NCBI RefSeq assembly: GCF_006345805.1
Contig: NC_042997.1
Coordinates: forward strand, 28,954,001-29,018,000
DNA: 64,000 nucleotides
Origin: Octopus sinensis
Lineage: Eukaryota
Direction of reading: 5' to 3'
Made by a program: the position numbers and the translations under genes. This document shows, piece after piece, positions 11,946-24,597 of this stretch. The notes beneath the pieces are model-generated. The model saw nothing but the letters and a program-made list of their open reading frames with translations, did not search any database and was not told the DNA's origin. The first letter of the stretch is position 1, and the number at the start of each line of letters is the position of its first letter.

Positions 11946-14829
11946 TCAACAAATATCAGAATACCACACCTAACATTTTAATTACATTTTAATGGGACTT
12001 TTAATACTAATAAGAAAAATACCTTGGGTGGACCGCAGGAATTCTATGATGTAAATGCTATTTATCTCATCTGCAAAAGTCTGCGTAAGTAAAAATAATG
12101 AATCGAGCTATTATACGTCAAAACCAAATTTTTCTTCCAATAAATTTGCAGCTTATAATGGTCATTCAAATATTTATCCATGTCAAGCCGTTCTGAACAC
12201 GATGTGTCCCTATTCAAGAACATCGTGTTTGCCTCCTTACACTTATTCAGCCCGTGCTTTCTCTGAAAATGCGAAACAACTATTCATTATCGAATATTTT
12301 ATTAAACTTTCGTTCTTGAGGTTTATTTATTTTCATAACGTATAACAAACAATGTAGGAACTGAAAATCTTTCCGGGGATCATTCATTCCAACCTCGATT
12401 CGGAGAATGAGGTTGCATTTGGCTGTAAGAGCGCTACTTATTAAAGAATCGCTGAGAGAATGTCAATGTACCAGTGACAGTGCCTGATCTGTGGCATTTT
12501 CGAATCATTCTGAATTCAATATTTTTGGATAAGTTGTAATTATTGAACCAGCTTTTAATCACGTGCGATACTTCCTTAAAATTGTACTCAATTCAGTAAT
12601 CCATGGTGTAACGCTCAGCTTTCTTACGGTTGTTAAGAACTATTTCATCCGTACTGTCATAATTACCAGTATGACTTGTATATTTATTTAATATTTTCTA
12701 ATTAAATTAAAAGCAGTCAGAATTCAGAAAGTAATATACCATTTTGTTTCTTGTCATGCGATGTATTTCTCTTGATATCTTCAACGTAGTAGCTATAAAC
12801 AGAAGAAATCTACGGAACTTCAATGTCAGCCCTTGGCGCGTGGCTCATTGATTCAGATTAGTAGTTTCTGTATCAATTTGTAGAAACCAAGCAAAAAACA
12901 TTCCTTTTATATTATCCTGTTCTCAAATTCTGTAATAGCTCAGATTGCTTTATATATTGCTAAACGTATAGGAAACTTCTTAATACAAATTTTAACGACA
13001 GCTGCTCTTCGCTTACTTTAGGCAATCTGACTGGTAGTAGGCTGATATAGCCGTACGAAAAAAACACTTTTCCTTGGAATTATATCGATATTTTCCATTG
13101 ATATCTTTCATAAAATTATCTACTGTATCTAATGCTAAAATAGAAATTATTCATATTACTTTCACACCGATTTAGTACGTGTTTTTCAATTCAGCTACCC
13201 GACTGGAAGTGGTGAATATATATTGCTAGACACGCATGTGGTAATGCAACCTATACAAACTATATGCTGTCTTTTCTGTTGATAAAAACGTGTATGCTAT
13301 AACCTATCTATACACCGTGTCAAACCTGAAAGTGACTTATTTGCGAGTGATTTGATTTTATGTTGATTAAAAGTATTTGTTTTTTTTTCCATAACTTCCT
13401 GAAGCACCATTAAAAAAAGAAACAAATATGGCGGTCTTTCGAGATTTCTATTTTATTTTATTTTTTACTACCTGCATGACAATAATGAATATCAACTTCT
13501 TTTCGGTTAGTCAGTATGTAGTTCATTCTGAAAAATATTATTTCTTCTGAATTTGTATTTTCGAATAAAAAGAAAGGTGCTTGCAAATTACTTCTGAGGC
13601 GATCTGTACTATTTTTGATGAAAAATTTCATTAAGAAAAGCAGACACGAAATTACAGCATAAAAAGGATAACAAAAATGATTTGAAGCCATGACGATGAA
13701 ATAAAAGAAACTGCATCTAAAATGCTGACACGAAGAAAACGGGAATGAAAAGAAATTTTCATCCTGAACAACGTTGTCAATATTGCAATGACAATGAGCG
13801 TGATTCAAAGAGAGGTGAGAGTAAAAAAATATATAGCAGGAAGTAAATTTGAATAACACGCAAATGGCGAGACATTCTATGAAGGCATTGCCATCCAATG
13901 AAACGGTATAACTATATTTTAGTAGAAAAATGAACCATTTAGCGTGGGGCAGTGAGATTGAAAAATGAAATTCGAATTCACTGCTCCGATTGTAAAATTC
14001 CTCCACAGCAATAATATGAGCGTGAAAAATAAGTACTTCATCGTGCAAAAGCATGCAAAATTATAAGGGCTCTTTTTGCTTTTAATCATTTGAGGCAAGG
14101 ATTTCAAAACGTTCTAGTGAGATACCTTGTATTTGTTGATAGGATGGCAATTTAGTAGAATACTGTATATTACATACAGAAAATAACCGTCCTCAATAGG
14201 ACAAAGTTTAGATTATTGACACTTCTGACGCTGTACATCAGAGATTGCATCTAGTACAAAACAATGTAATTTGTATAACAAAAACAATGCAATAGGGAGC
14301 AGATCAAGGAGAAACATTAGTGTAACCGATACGCTTGTAGTATCAGAAGTCTGCAACCTAAATGGTTCAATTTTCTACAAAATAGAAAAAATGTCATGGT
14401 TAATAAATCGTGTATAATTGTTAATCCCTCTTCTCGTTTATGGGAGTACTACATGTAAAAAAAAATGAATTAATTCATGAAATTTCATAGAAGAAGCCGT
14501 TGCTCATTATCCGGATTTTCAATATTTTTCTCTGATTGTTTTCCTTCTTAAATTAATTGTAATTTTGTTTGCTATTCAGTCACTGTTTTCTCTCGTTTTT
14601 GTTACCATTTTCTTTTCGTTGTGCGTTCCAGTCCTTTGATCCTCAGCCATTTATAGAATTTTATGCTGATGTCGGTTTTCTTGCGCACTGTCATAGCGCT
14701 TGAACTGTTTATTGTCGGTATCGTCCCATCTTCATCTTGGAAGCATCTAACCAGTGCTACCTGGATTTGCCAAATGTACGAAACTGTGCATAAGATAGCC
14801 ACATTCAACCGATCAGTATTTACAAGGTC

Positions 14830-15213
14830 GTGGAGGCGCAATGGCCCAGTGGTTAGGGCAGCGGACACGCGGTCGTAGGATCGCGGTTTCGATTCCCAGA
14901 CCGGGCGTTGTGAGTGTTTATTGAGCGAAAACACCTAAAGCTCCACGAGGCTCCGGCAGGGGATGGTGGTGATCCCTGCTGTACTCTTTCACCACAACGT
15001 TCTCTCACTCTTACTTCCTGTTTCTGTTGTACCAGTATTCCAAAGGGCCGGCCTTGTCACTCTCTGTGTCACGCTGAATATCCCCGAGAACTACGTTAAG
15101 GGTACACGTGTCTGTGGAGTGCTCAGCCACTTACACGTTAATTTCACGAGCAGGCTGTTCCGCTGATCGGATCAACCGGAACCCTCGTCGTCGTAACCGA
15201 CGGAGTGCTTCCG
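14830..15213 (+). mobile_element. Full-length tRNA-derived SINE (family D) with 11-bp target-site duplication
   Basis: A-box TGGCCCAGTGGTTAGG and B-box GGTTTCGATTCC; TSD TTTACAAGGTC at 14819-14829 and 15214-15224. Confidence 0.92.
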
Positions 15214-15924
15214 TTTACAAGGTCAGTGGGCATGGAGATTTAAGATTGTGCACAATTTCAAGGTGTCGGTTACAGAAAGCACAATTCAGGATCTGTATGG
15301 TCAACCATGTTTGAATTGCACATAGAGAAAATATTAGTATTTTATCCAAAGCAGAGTCAATCGTAAACAACAAGGGTGGTGGGTCAATCTGAGTAGAGCA
15401 ATTAGAAGAGGATCGATAAGTTTTTGTGAAGAAATAAAGATATGTCTAAATAAATTAGGAATTGAAATGGAATTTAAAAGCAACAATGCATGGCGGTGGG
15501 TGTGAAAGCAACCAGAATGTCCGTTAAGTACTTGTCTTATCAGAAACATAAATTCTGGTTTTCAAACGTGAGGTACGCATTCTAAAACAAGGAGGAAAGT
15601 TAATTTGTGAGAGACATAATGTAGAAACAATTTCGGTTTTTAGGAACAAGATTGGTGTGTGATACGCGGTTATATTCTTGTGTATGTGTGTGTTCGTTTG
15701 TATACATTTGTGTATATTATAAACGCATGTGTGACAATTCCAGTACGATGAATTAGAATACAAATGCACATGACGTGGACGAGAGCGCCTCTGCTAAAAG
15801 GAAGTGTTATCACTAATGACAGCAACTACACATGCTTATACGATACGTACAAAGGAAGAAATGCATGCCGAATTGTTCCTGCCTCTGAGCATATCGTAGA
15901 CATTATATATATATATCTATATAT

Positions 15925-16095
15925 ACATACAAAATTTAAAGGACTGACCACTAAAAGTGGACGGTCAACATGCTAGTTATAGACGTCAAAATCGCTATTT
16001 TCCACAAAGAATGTGTTCTCAAACAAAAAAACTCAGCACAAACCAAAACATTAAAATTAAGCAAGACAAATGAAAATATACGAAATAAAAATGAT
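15925..16095 (+). repeat. Unclassified dispersed repeat, diverged copy at ~50220-50380
   Basis: Shared ACCACTAA..GTGGAC..TAGACGTCAA..GTGTTCTCAA..CTCAGCA..ATATACGAAATAAAAA skeleton. Confidence 0.6.
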
Positions 16096-16143
16096 TACCT
16101 ATGTACCGATTATCGAATATGGCCATTGCACGAAGCCTAACTG

Positions 16144-16450
16144 TTATTGGTGCTGTGATCGAATGTAACCTTTTAGCCCAGCTAAAGATCTAAAATGTCT
16201 GGTACAGAATTGGCAGCTAACGCCTTTACCGGTTATAGCTGGCTGTAGTTGTAACTGGGCTTCACGTACCTTTCCATGTTGTTTAAGTCCTCCTGCCGAA
16301 TTACACTCTCGTCCACATGCCTGATAGATATGAGTAGTATGGTGTGTAACACCACCACCAGTGTCCATGTTGTCACTCATCTGTCTCGCTTTATGACTAC
16401 GAAGATGACTTTTGAGTCCACCTTTACTGGACGCCAGGTCCTTAATCTGA
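16144..16450 (-). mobile_element. C2H2 zinc-finger-encoding fragment, probably the 3' end of an RTE-type LINE
   Basis: Three C2H2-like units (GGLKSHLRSH; ACGRECNSAGGLKQHGKV; CQFCTRHFRSLAGLKGYIRSQH) without TGEKP linkers; begins abruptly at an (AT)n tract. Confidence 0.55.
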
Positions 16451-16766
16451 ACATACATATATACATACATATATATATATATTCACACAGATGTGTGCGT
16501 GTGTGTTAATTTTAATAACAGTCAGAAATTACTGAGAAGGATTAAAGATACGAATTTACGTTCTAAGAGTTGGTCATATCTTTAAAGTTAGCGCACATTG
16601 TTTGCATTGCGTTTGGGGCTGCAAATGTAAATTAAGCAATGCGAAAATAGTCTGACATGCTACTCTTTAGGTATTGTCTTTAACTCTGTTTTACTGTAGA
16701 ATATTCTATATTTTTGGGATATTAAAGTTCTAAATATCCCATAGAGATATGTACGGTGGTGGGGCG

Positions 16767-17037
16767 ATAGAATGGTTGTATACTGTCAATTTAACGTGAC
16801 AGTAGGGGATTACACCACCACTGTTTAGCCCTAGGAAGCATCGACGCTTCCTGATGGCTTCGACACGTTTTTCCTTGTGTCCATATATATTTACGAAGAG
16901 GAGACAAACACACCCAGCAGCCAGGCCTGCATCTAGGGCTAAACATCCCCCAGCATCCAGGCCTGCATCCTAGGGCTAAACAACGGTGAGGTAATCCCCT
17001 ACGGTCACGTTAAATTGACAGTATACAACCATTCTAT
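16767..17037. mobile_element. MITE/foldback element with ~70-bp terminal inverted repeats
   Basis: ATAGAATGGTTGTATACTGTCAATTTAACGTGAC.GTAGGGGATTAC...TGTTTAGCCCTAGG at left is mirrored at right; the inner end of the right arm is tandemly duplicated. Confidence 0.85.
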
Positions 17038-18394
17038 ATTTTGTTTAGCTAATATCCTCCATCTGTTGTAAATCATCTACCAACACAGTTCTCCTTTCAA
17101 ACCTTACCTTTCTTCTAGCCAAACCCCCTTTCTTGCGATACCTCATTTTCATGTAGTCATATGACATGAAATATTTGTTGTTTTGCTTACCTGTTGTTGC
17201 ACATTACATTGCTACTTTGAGATATCTGTTTTTGTTCATTATTATAATTACTCCGTCATCTTGCTTGTTTGGGTTTTGATCGTCGTATATTAGACCCTTA
17301 AAGACCCTTCATGAAAATTTCCTCAAATACTGCTTGCAACCACAACTATAAGTACTGATGTTTTTTAGTTTGCCCTAGTAGATCGGGGATTTCTTTTCCC
17401 GTTTCTTGAACAGGCACTCAGGTTTCGTATTGATCTTTCGGTATTGGAGCGTTATGTTTAGTCATCCACCATGATGTTCTTTGTGCATATGACCACTCAT
17501 CACTGCTATCCTTATCTTAAGTAGTCATCGCTATACAAAACATATATGCAGCCTTGCACTAAAGTCATAATCGATCAGCCTAACCACCACCAGGTTCCAA
17601 TATATTCAAGGAAATGGTGTTATGTGCCACACAAGATGTGACATTCGTTCTGTTGTTGATGGGACATTAACGTTTAATACTAGAGAGGCATCATCATATA
17701 ATTTCCAAGCTGTAGGCGAGTGTATTTCCTCATATAGTAACCGAAGTGTGTTTCAGCTGCTGTTTTCAATCTTGTATTATAGATTTGGGAATAAGTTTTT
17801 CTTTCTCACTTAAATACGCTATTCAGGCTATGAAGGATTATTTTTCTTGAATTGAAAATGTGAGATCATTGTCTTATGCGTTCTTTTATCTTTTATTCAT
17901 TTATATACCAGCTGCTTTTCCCTCCAACAAAGATAAAATACTCGTAAATTCATAAATGTTTAATTTGACGATGTCAAATATATGTTATTATTACCAGAAT
18001 CTCAAATGAACTGTTTTGTTAGAGAAAACTTTTAATGGAATAATCGCCAAGTTATTCTATATCTCTTACAACAAGAAACTTTCTGTGAGCTGATTTTGCT
18101 TACTTATTCTTTTTCGTAAGATTCATTAGGCTTGCTATATGGCTTGTTTGTCGCTTAATGGCATGCGGTATTTCGAGTTATTTTTTATGTATGGAGACGG
18201 TGTAAATAAGCACAATTTCACTAAAATCGTAACCAATTTGTTTGTATGAACTCTCTATTGTTAGATACTCCAAATACTCATAATATCTCCGTATATAGAG
18301 AAATTCGTTACTACCAAACATTAGTCTATGCATCTGAGTCTGTTAGAAAGAATGTTTTGACAAATGTCTTCAAAAGACATTTACCTTGGTCAGG

Positions 18395-19478
18395 TAAATT
18401 AACAACAAAAAAGGACCTTCAATACTTTTCTTGCATAAGTTCAAGCTTCGGCACAATGCCTTTCGAACTGCTGCCAAAATCAGCAGAGCATGGGGAGAGG
18501 GATTCACAGGTGATTTCACTGTACGAAGGAGGTTTCAGAAATTCGATAGGGGTGATGAGAGCTTTGAATATGAAGAAGGTAGAGGATGGTCATGGAGACT
18601 CGACAATGAACAATTCAAAGCAATTATTGAACAAAACCTACGTCAAAATGTCAGAGAAATATCTCAGGCACTTGTGGTCAGTATTGCAACGCTGTCATGC
18701 AATCTGCAGAATATTGGCAAGGTGAAAAATCTCGATAAATGGGCACCACATGAGCTCAAAGAAAATCACAAAGTTCTGTGTTTTGAAGTGTGCTGGATGC
18801 TCTTTCTATGAAACACCAATGATCATTTCCTTGACCGAATAGTCACTTGTGACGAGAGGTCGATCCTTTATGATAACTGTAAACGTTTAGGTGAATGGCT
18901 TGATTGGGATGAACACCCCAAACATATCCCAAAGCCAAAGTTGCATCAGCAAAAGATTATGGTGACTGTCTAGTCGTCTGCAGTTGATGTCGTCCATTAC
19001 AGCTTTCTGGAAGCCAATCAGAGCATTACAGCAGAGGTCTACTGGAATCACCTCGTTGAAATACATGCTCACTTGCAAAAGATGAGACCTGCATTGGTGA
19101 ATCGGCGTGGCCCAACTCTGCTCCACGATAATGCAAATCCACATGTTGCAAGAATTACGCTAAAGAAACTCACAGACTTGGGATTAGAGACTTTACCACA
19201 TCCTCCATATTCTCCTCATCTTGTTAAGCATTTAAACACGTCTTTAAGTGATCAAACTTTCAGATCCAAACCAGAGGTGGAAACAGCTTTCAAAGGTTTC
19301 TTAGCATCAAAGCCAATAAGTCTATATCAACGAGACATAAACAATCACGTGTTCGATGGCAGAGATGCATAGATGTTTACGGCTCATACTTTGACCAATC
19401 AAAACATTTCTATTGTTAATTTTTCTAGAATAAAATAATGTTTCTGAAATCGGCCATTATTTTCGAAATAACCTAATA
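18395..19478 (+). mobile_element. Decayed mariner transposon (Hsmar1/SETMAR-like transposase)
   Basis: KW(A)PHEL, IVTCDE, LLHDNA.PH, PHPPYSP motifs; internal stops and a deletion; right TIR-like sequence 19448-19478 (RC TATTAGGTTATTTCGAAAATAATGGCCGATT); left TIR not found. Confidence 0.92.
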
Positions 19479-21862
19479 CATAGAGCATGTTGCTAGTGGA
19501 ACATAGAAAGCCTAGGTAGCTTGTTGTCTGTCAAACGCAAGCAACCTTTTTTCAAATCGTGGTAGAGCACTAATTCTAGCGACTCAGGCTTGAACAAGGT
19601 ACACAGGACGGAGGTGAGGAAATAATAGATGCAGAGATCAATGAGGTTATTCGTCAATTCTAGCTAACCATCCGCAGATAGATTCGTCTCGAAGACAGTG
19701 CCAATGCTTGTCTGGCAAGTGATCGGCATCAAACTTGAATATCCTCATCTGTCCTGTCATGACACCACGAATCTTTTGGGACGCACAAGCTTATTTAATT
19801 TACCTGGTTTATTTCAATCATGTTATAACTTGACAATAACGTAGATCGGCACTATTACTGTGATAGTGTCTTCATATAGTAATTTAGATATTTGCACCTT
19901 AGTTCGTTCAGGACGTTTCTAAGTGCTTCAGGTAACCCTGGAGTGTCTGAGGAAACAATATGTATGTATGACGATGTGGTAAATTTGCCGAACCAACAAT
20001 CTGCTTCCGATAGATTGCCAGCCCATCTAATCAAGTAGAGGATTAATACCGTTGTAACTACCAACAATTCCAGAATAAGAAATGGGACCAAAACTATTTC
20101 CAGTGAGGTCAACTACTCATCTGTCCTTTCATGACACCACGTCCTTTCGACTTTATCGAACATATTCAACTGATCTAATTTGACCCAGATGTCATACCCC
20201 GACCGTCTATGGGGCAATGCTTGAGGTGGAGATTGTTTGGAAATATATATTAGGATGACACATATTTGACCATCAGTAGCCGTACGACTGGCAATAAAAT
20301 AGAAATGGCTTAGAACCTTAAACAAAATATTGCAGTGTGAGGTTAAAATAGGTCTGAATCGAAAATCATGGAAGAGCTGACATTTCTCTGTTCGTTTTGC
20401 AATCGTTCTTTCGCGACTAAATTCACAAATCTCGAGATAAGGTTATTATCTTGCAGGTTACACAACATACCTACTAATGTGCCACCAAAGACGTCCTGCA
20501 TAAATATAGTTCAAATGATAGATTATAGAAACTCCGTGCCTCTAGCCATCATCTCCTGTATTTCTCTATTAGTACCCAACTAATTGCAACTTTTTCGCTC
20601 CAGCGAGGAAACTCATCCTACTCTTAGTGTAAGCAACATAGTTCATCCTGCAAACCGACCCCGCACCCATCGTTCGATCAGAACAGCCGTAAATTCCACA
20701 TGATTCAGATTTGAATTGAGAAGCTCGCGTTTTCAAAATACTCTATAGGGACTGCGCTCTTCTATCTTGAAGTGGGCGCCTTATCTTTGTATTGAAGGAT
20801 TATACGAGAACAAATCATGGACGAAGCTCGTGGTTCGGCATAATTTTCCTAAATTCACCCTCAAGCTTTTTAAGCAGATTTATATATATTTTATTTACCT
20901 TTATCGCCAGTCCATTACGAAATTTTCTTGTAGTTCTATTTCAGAGATATCACATAGATTTAACTAATTCGCTAATCTAGTGTCAGTAATATTTTGCAGT
21001 GCGAATGAAACTTTCTCTTTTTATTGACTGGGTTAATAGTACAGAATACAGATAATTGACATGCGGAGTTGATGTCTTTAAATTGTAATCAGCCAAAATT
21101 ATCACTCTCTCCTGGTCTTCAGAATGCTTTTCCAGTATACGATTAGGAAAATTCGATATAGTTTATCATCCACGTTTTCACTTTTTAGCATGCAGTCAGT
21201 ACTTCTTTGACATTTTGAAATTTACAACAAATTAACTTTTACTTTTAATCCAGCTCTCTTATTGTGTACGCCAACACAATTTTTTATTAACGATAAGTAA
21301 TGAGTTAATCACAGAACAAAAAATCTTTCAACCCAGTAGAAATTATGTAGTCAAGCCGTATCTAGGGTACAAAAATTCACTAATTGAACTTACAGAAGAT
21401 TATGTCCTAACAGGTTACAATTATCCGAGTTCCATATGAATAAGAATGTTACATTAATGGTATATATAAAGGTTATTAGGTTCAAGCTAACAACCTCAAA
21501 GGATTTCTTGTTCTTAAACGTATTTACATGTAATGGTGTACAAAACGATAATTACTATGTTAAACTTATTCATTTCTTTCTGTCCCATGCTAAGCAATAT
21601 CGATTATTATCTTAGTTTAAAAGAATTGTTGCTGGAAAATAACTATTGGATCATATACTATTTTACTGACCATAAATCATAGATATTTTGTTTAAAAAAG
21701 TAAAAAGAGAGAACCATAAGATATTAGGCTAATAACTCTTCCAATGGTGATTTGGGGTTATAAAAATCAAAATGCCAGAAACAAATGTATGATTAGGCTC
21801 CACATAAAAAATATTTCTATATTGTTTATTGAATTATATGTCTTTAATATAGCGTTTAAGAG

Positions 21863-22664
21863 GAAGTCTTGGTATATAGTATGACATTTTTATGAACTCA
21901 TTCGACGGATAATAGTCTATAAAACCAAACTTCAAATTTGATCCTTCTTTTGTTGTTATAATACGGGCTCGATAAATTGGCCATAGTGCTTCTGCACTGA
22001 TGCGAAAAATATTGTCACACGCAAAACTCACAAATATCCCACTTTGTGTTCTAACCGTCTAGACCTTACAGCTTGCCAACTCAATAGGCTCACTCGTCTA
22101 TGAGTTTTACGTCACCCCACTGCTTAAGAACAACGTAACTGAAACCAAAACTATTATCGGTTTATATAAAGGTAATTTTAAAAGTAGCTATGCAAGTCAC
22201 GAATGTTCTTTCCAACGCTTAGATAAAAATAAAGACACTAATTAGTCTAGCTACGTAGGGGAACGATGACCACCCACACACAAACAAGACGAGAACTTGT
22301 TGAAATCTATGTCATACATTAATAGTTCAAACAGTACAACCCATGCTAGATAATATGTCTCACATTCTTCATAGATCCAAGGATTCTGCCACAGTACTAA
22401 ATTTCCGATCCGAAATTTGCAGCAGATTTAAACGCATGAAAAAAATTCACCAGGCACCCCGCATTGATAGTTATTGTGCAGGTTTATTGTCGCCACTAAA
22501 TTATTCTACAACCGATAGGTTAATTTTGATTTCTGTAGAAAATGGATGTGTTTCTCAAGTTTCTTTATTTGAGATATTTTCCCAAAAATATGCCTAATTA
22601 CAGGACTCTATAACGAGACATTATTATCTCCTTTTCTAATAGTGTGAGCATTAAATTATATATA
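21863..22664 (+). repeat. ~800-bp segment, copy 1 of a direct duplication
   Basis: Colinear alignment to 26486-27281 at roughly 90% identity by eye. Confidence 0.9.
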
Positions 22665-22887
22665 TTGAATTATATGTCTCTAATATTGCGTGTTTTAATT
22701 CAAACACGCATTAACAGGAATACGTAAGAAATTAGAAAATACACAATATACATCATTAATCTGAGTGGTCAGTAACTGCATGATATATAAAAGAAATTAT
22801 GGGATATATATATACATATGTGTGTGTGTTTGTGAGTGTGTGTGTGTGTTTGTGAGTGTGTGTGCGCGTTTGTGTGTGTGTTTGTGT

Positions 22888-23077
22888 GTGTGTCCCCTCG
22901 CCATCAACTGTCAACCTATGCTGTTGTATATATGTCCCCGTAACACAGCGGTTCCGCAAAAGTGTCCAATGAAATAAGCACTAGGCTTACAAAGAATGAG
23001 CCCACAGAACGATGTCTTCGGATAACACTCTTTATGACCATGATCAACCATGGTCGCATTCAAATGACTGAAACGTG

Positions 23078-23095
<18 letters not shown>
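22888..23095 (+). mobile_element. Diverged 3' half of SINE family A
   Basis: GTCCCCGTAAC..AGCGGTTC..AAATGACTGAAAC motifs after a (GT)n tract. Confidence 0.7.
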
Positions 23096-23126
<31 letters not shown>

Positions 23127-23157
23127 CATGTATTTATATATACGCACACACACACAC

Positions 23158-23227
<70 letters not shown>

Positions 23228-23228
<1 letters not shown>

Positions 23229-23575
23229 ACGGGAAGCTTTATGAAAATAGACAAAAGACGAAGGCAGGTAGAAAACAAACAAACAATTGTATTAGTATGG
23301 CGCTCAGGAAATATAAATAAAACAAGTCTTTAACGTTTCGAGCCTACGCTCTTCAACAGAAAGATACAAAGAGAGAAAAAAAACACAGAAAGAAGGAGAG
23401 AAAAAAAATGCGTGTAGTAACTAACGAATCAACATGGCGATCTGATTTCGGCCAGAGGTCAAAGATCAAACATGAGACGCGAGAGCGAAATAAGGGGAGA
23501 TAATACGGTTGATAATAGGGTTGAATGACCCTAGGATAGGTCTGGACAGGCGTATGTATGGGGTTGGTGTATGTA
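23228..23575 (-). mobile_element. Penelope-like pseudo-LTR / retrozyme-like repeat carrying a hammerhead-type motif
   Basis: Non-coding unit between two (AT)n tracts, containing the minimal HHR fold at 23327-23364; PLE assignment is inferred from that motif only. Confidence 0.5.
23327..23364 (-). ncRNA. Minimal type I hammerhead-ribozyme-like motif, variant core CUGUUGA
   Basis: TCTTT-CTGTTGA-A-GAGC-GTAG-GCTC-GAA-ACGT-T-AAAGA: stem I 5 bp, stem II 4 bp, palindromic stem III ACGT, GUU cleavage triplet. Confidence 0.55.
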
Positions 23576-23589
23576 TTAGTATGTATTAG

Positions 23590-23668
<79 letters not shown>

Positions 23669-23669
23669 T

Positions 23670-23834
23670 GGCTGTGTGGTAAGTAGCTTGTTTACCAACC
23701 ACATGGTTCCAGGTTCATTCCCCTTGCGTGGCACCTTGGGCAAGCGTCTTCTACTATAGCCTCGGGCCGACCAAAGCCTTGTGAGTGGATTTGGTAGGCG
23801 GAAACTGAAAGAAGCCCGTCGTATATATGTATAT

Positions 23835-23891
<57 letters not shown>

Positions 23892-24100
23892 CTGTGTTTG
23901 TCCCCCTAGCATTGCTTGACAACCGATGCTGGTGTGTTTATGTCTCCGTTACTTAGCGGTTAGCAAAAGAGACCGACAGAATAAGTACTGGGCTTACAAA
24001 AGAATAAGTCCCGGGGTCGAGTTGCTCGATTAAATGCGGTGCTCCAGGATGGCCGCAGTCAAATGACTGAAACAAGTTAAAGTGTAAAAGAGTAAAGAGT
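23670..24100 (+). mobile_element. SINE family A, near full length
   Basis: tRNA-like head GGCTGTGTGGTAAG..GGTTCATTCC, central domain, internal microsatellite, TAAAAGAG tail. Confidence 0.92.
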
Positions 24101-24513
24101 ATATATATATAAAAAATTAATATAATATCTAATTACAAATAGATATTCATGCAAAAAGATTTGAAGGTGACGTATTTTCCAGTTTTCGAAACGAGAGCCG
24201 CGGAAAATTTAGGAGGCATTTCAATCTTATTGCGCGCTACATAATAATAAACAGCCTCTTCACATCACGTTATTTTCTAAACATTTTCATATTAATTACA
24301 TATCAAACTGAATTAAATAATCCTCGATCAATAAAAAGTTGTGTAACAGAAAATATTGTTTTTTCGTCCTTATTTCCTTATCAGGTGTTTAATTATAAGC
24401 AAGTGCGATGTGAAATAAAATATATTTACTCTCTGCCTTATAGAATATAGTATGCCAAATATCTTATTCAAAACTATATATATATGTGTGTGTGTGTGTG
24501 TGCGTATGTATAT

Positions 24514-24547
<34 letters not shown>

Positions 24548-24555
24548 ATATATAT

Positions 24556-24597
<42 letters not shown>

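Noticed and set aside
8000-13400. Candidate micro-exons with AG/GT signals (e.g. ~10909-10940, ~13194-13239)
   Set aside because: Such signals are expected by chance; there is no recognisable protein or consistent exon chain
19745-20145. Repeated CTCATCTGTCC.TCATGACACCAC motif and hydrophobic ORF 19855-20112 as an RTE RT relic
   Set aside because: Similarity to RT motifs is too weak to call
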